Below are positions 62,490-64,000 of a stretch of 64,000 nt of DNA, piece after piece. Below the pieces are notes generated by a model. The model was not told the DNA's origin. It saw nothing but the letters and a program-made list of their open reading frames with translations, and searched no databases. The translations under genes were made by a program, and so were the position numbers. Each line of letters opens with the position of its first letter. Position 1 is the first letter of the stretch. Origin of the DNA: Mobula hypostoma (Eukaryota); assembly GCF_963921235.1 (NCBI RefSeq), contig NC_086097.1:35218001-35282000 (forward strand), in the 5' to 3' direction.

Positions 62490-64000
62490 GAGAGTGAGGA
62501 GCTGATGGACAGGAGCTACAGGCAGGTAGTCATCCTGGGGCCACAGGAGACGGATAAGCAGGTGACCGTCAGGAGGGTGTCAGTTAGTGGAGAGCACTCC
62601 TGTGGCTGTCCCCCTTAACGAAAATTACTCCATTTTGATTGCTACTGGGGGGGACGACCTACCTGTGGAAGCAACAGTGGCTGTGCCTCTGACACTGAGT
62701 CTGGCCCTGTGGCTCAGAAGGGTAGGGAACGGAAGAGGCGGGCAGCAGTAATAAGGGACTCTATAGTTAGGGGACAGATAAGCGATTCTGTGGCTGCAAA
62801 AAAGAAACACGGATGGTAATTTGCCTCCCAGGTGCCAGGGTTTGTGATGCTTCTGAGTGCGGCCACAATATCCTGAAATTGGAGGGTGAGCAGCCAGGGG
62901 TCGTGGAACATATTGGTACCAATGACATGGGTAGAGGTCCTGAATGCAGAATACAGTGAGTTAAGAAGGAAGCTGAGAAGCAAGACCTCAAAGGTAGTAA
63001 TCTCGGGATTGCTGCTTGTGCCACGCGACAGAGTGTATAGGAATAGAATGAGGTGGAGGATAAATGCGTGGCTGAAGGAATGGAGCAGGGAGCAGGGATT
63101 CAGATTTTTGGATCATTGGGACCTCTTCTGGGGCAGGTGTAACCTGTACAAAAGGACGGGTTGCACTTGAATCCGAGGGCGGCCAGTATCCTGGCAGGGA
63201 GGTTTGCTAATGGTATTGGGGAGGGTTTAAACTAGATTTGCAGGGGGGTGGGAAGTGAAGTGAAGAGGCAGAGGATAGGGAGGCTGGAGAACAAGTAGAA
63301 ACAGCTTGTAGGAAGTTTGTGAGGAAGGATAGGCAGCTGTTAGAGCAAAGATGCACTCAGCCTGATGGTTTGAGATGTGTCTATTTTAATGCAAGGCGTA
63401 TCATAAACAAGGCAGATGAACTTAGAGCGTGGATCAATACATGGAACTGTGATGTTGTGGCCATTACAGAGACTTGGATGTCTCAAGAGCAGGAATGACT
63501 GCTGAGTGTGTCGGGCTTTAGCTGTTTCAAAAAGAACAGAGAGGGAGGCAAAAGAGATGGGGGAGTGATATTACCAATCAGGGATAGAATCACGGCTGCA
63601 GAAGAGGAGGAAGTCATGGACGGATGGTCTACTGAGTCAGTGTGGGTGGAAGTCAGAAACAGGAAAGGGGCAATAACTCTACTAGATGTTTTTTATAGAC
63701 CTCCCCCCAACAGTAGTAACAGGGATATCAAGCAGCAGATAGGGAGGCAGATTCTGGAATGGTGCAATAATAATAGGGCTGTTATGATAGGAGATTTTAA
63801 CTTTCCTAATATTGATTGGCATCTCCTTAGCACAAGGGGTTTAGATGGGGTGGAGGTTTGTTAGGTGTGTTCAGGGAGGTTTTCTGACACAATATATATA
63901 AGCCAACTAGAGTAGAGGCTGTACTTGATCTGGTATTGGGAAATGAACCTGGTCAGGTGTCAGATCTCTCAGTGGGAGAGCATTTTGGAGGTAGTGACCT
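62490..64000 (+). mobile_element. CR1 LINE 5' region: degenerate ORF1 SGNH esterase and start of ORF2 APE; runs off the window
   Basis: VIRDSIVRGTD (GDS-like), HIGTND, KVVISGLL..INAWL..GFRFLDHW, GLHLN; then YFNAR, AITETW, FYRPP, IGDFNFPNIDW. Confidence 0.85.

Overview
Vertebrate genomic DNA. The repeat landscape (abundant CR1, Penelope, V-SINE, Rex) suggests a cartilaginous fish; that is inference. The only host gene is KCNH5 (Eag2/Kv10.2 voltage-gated K+ channel) on the + strand. Four internal coding exons are present (11055-11183, 19501-19616, 21765-22157, 41964-42393), all with AG/GT boundaries and compatible phases, covering the PAS/PAC end through S1-S5, the pore and the start of S6. The rest is intron, densely filled with transposons: many CR1 LINEs, Rex1/Babar fragments, two Gypsy elements, nested solo LTRs, Tc1 relics, SINEs, a 5S rRNA-derived fragment, and one full-length L1 with both ORFs open and a 16-bp TSD (53880-59778, - strand). 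The most striking unexplained structure is a family of short Penelope-derived insertions that carry minimal type I hammerhead ribozymes (AGTC-CTGACGA-stem II-GAAACGTC-GACT). Several are inverted-repeat units bounded by 11-19 bp TSDs. One is a perfect palindrome with 107-bp arms (31004-31228) and an intact hammerhead on both strands. Three intact-core copies lie in the sense orientation of the KCNH5 pre-mRNA. All calls were made by eye, with no database search.
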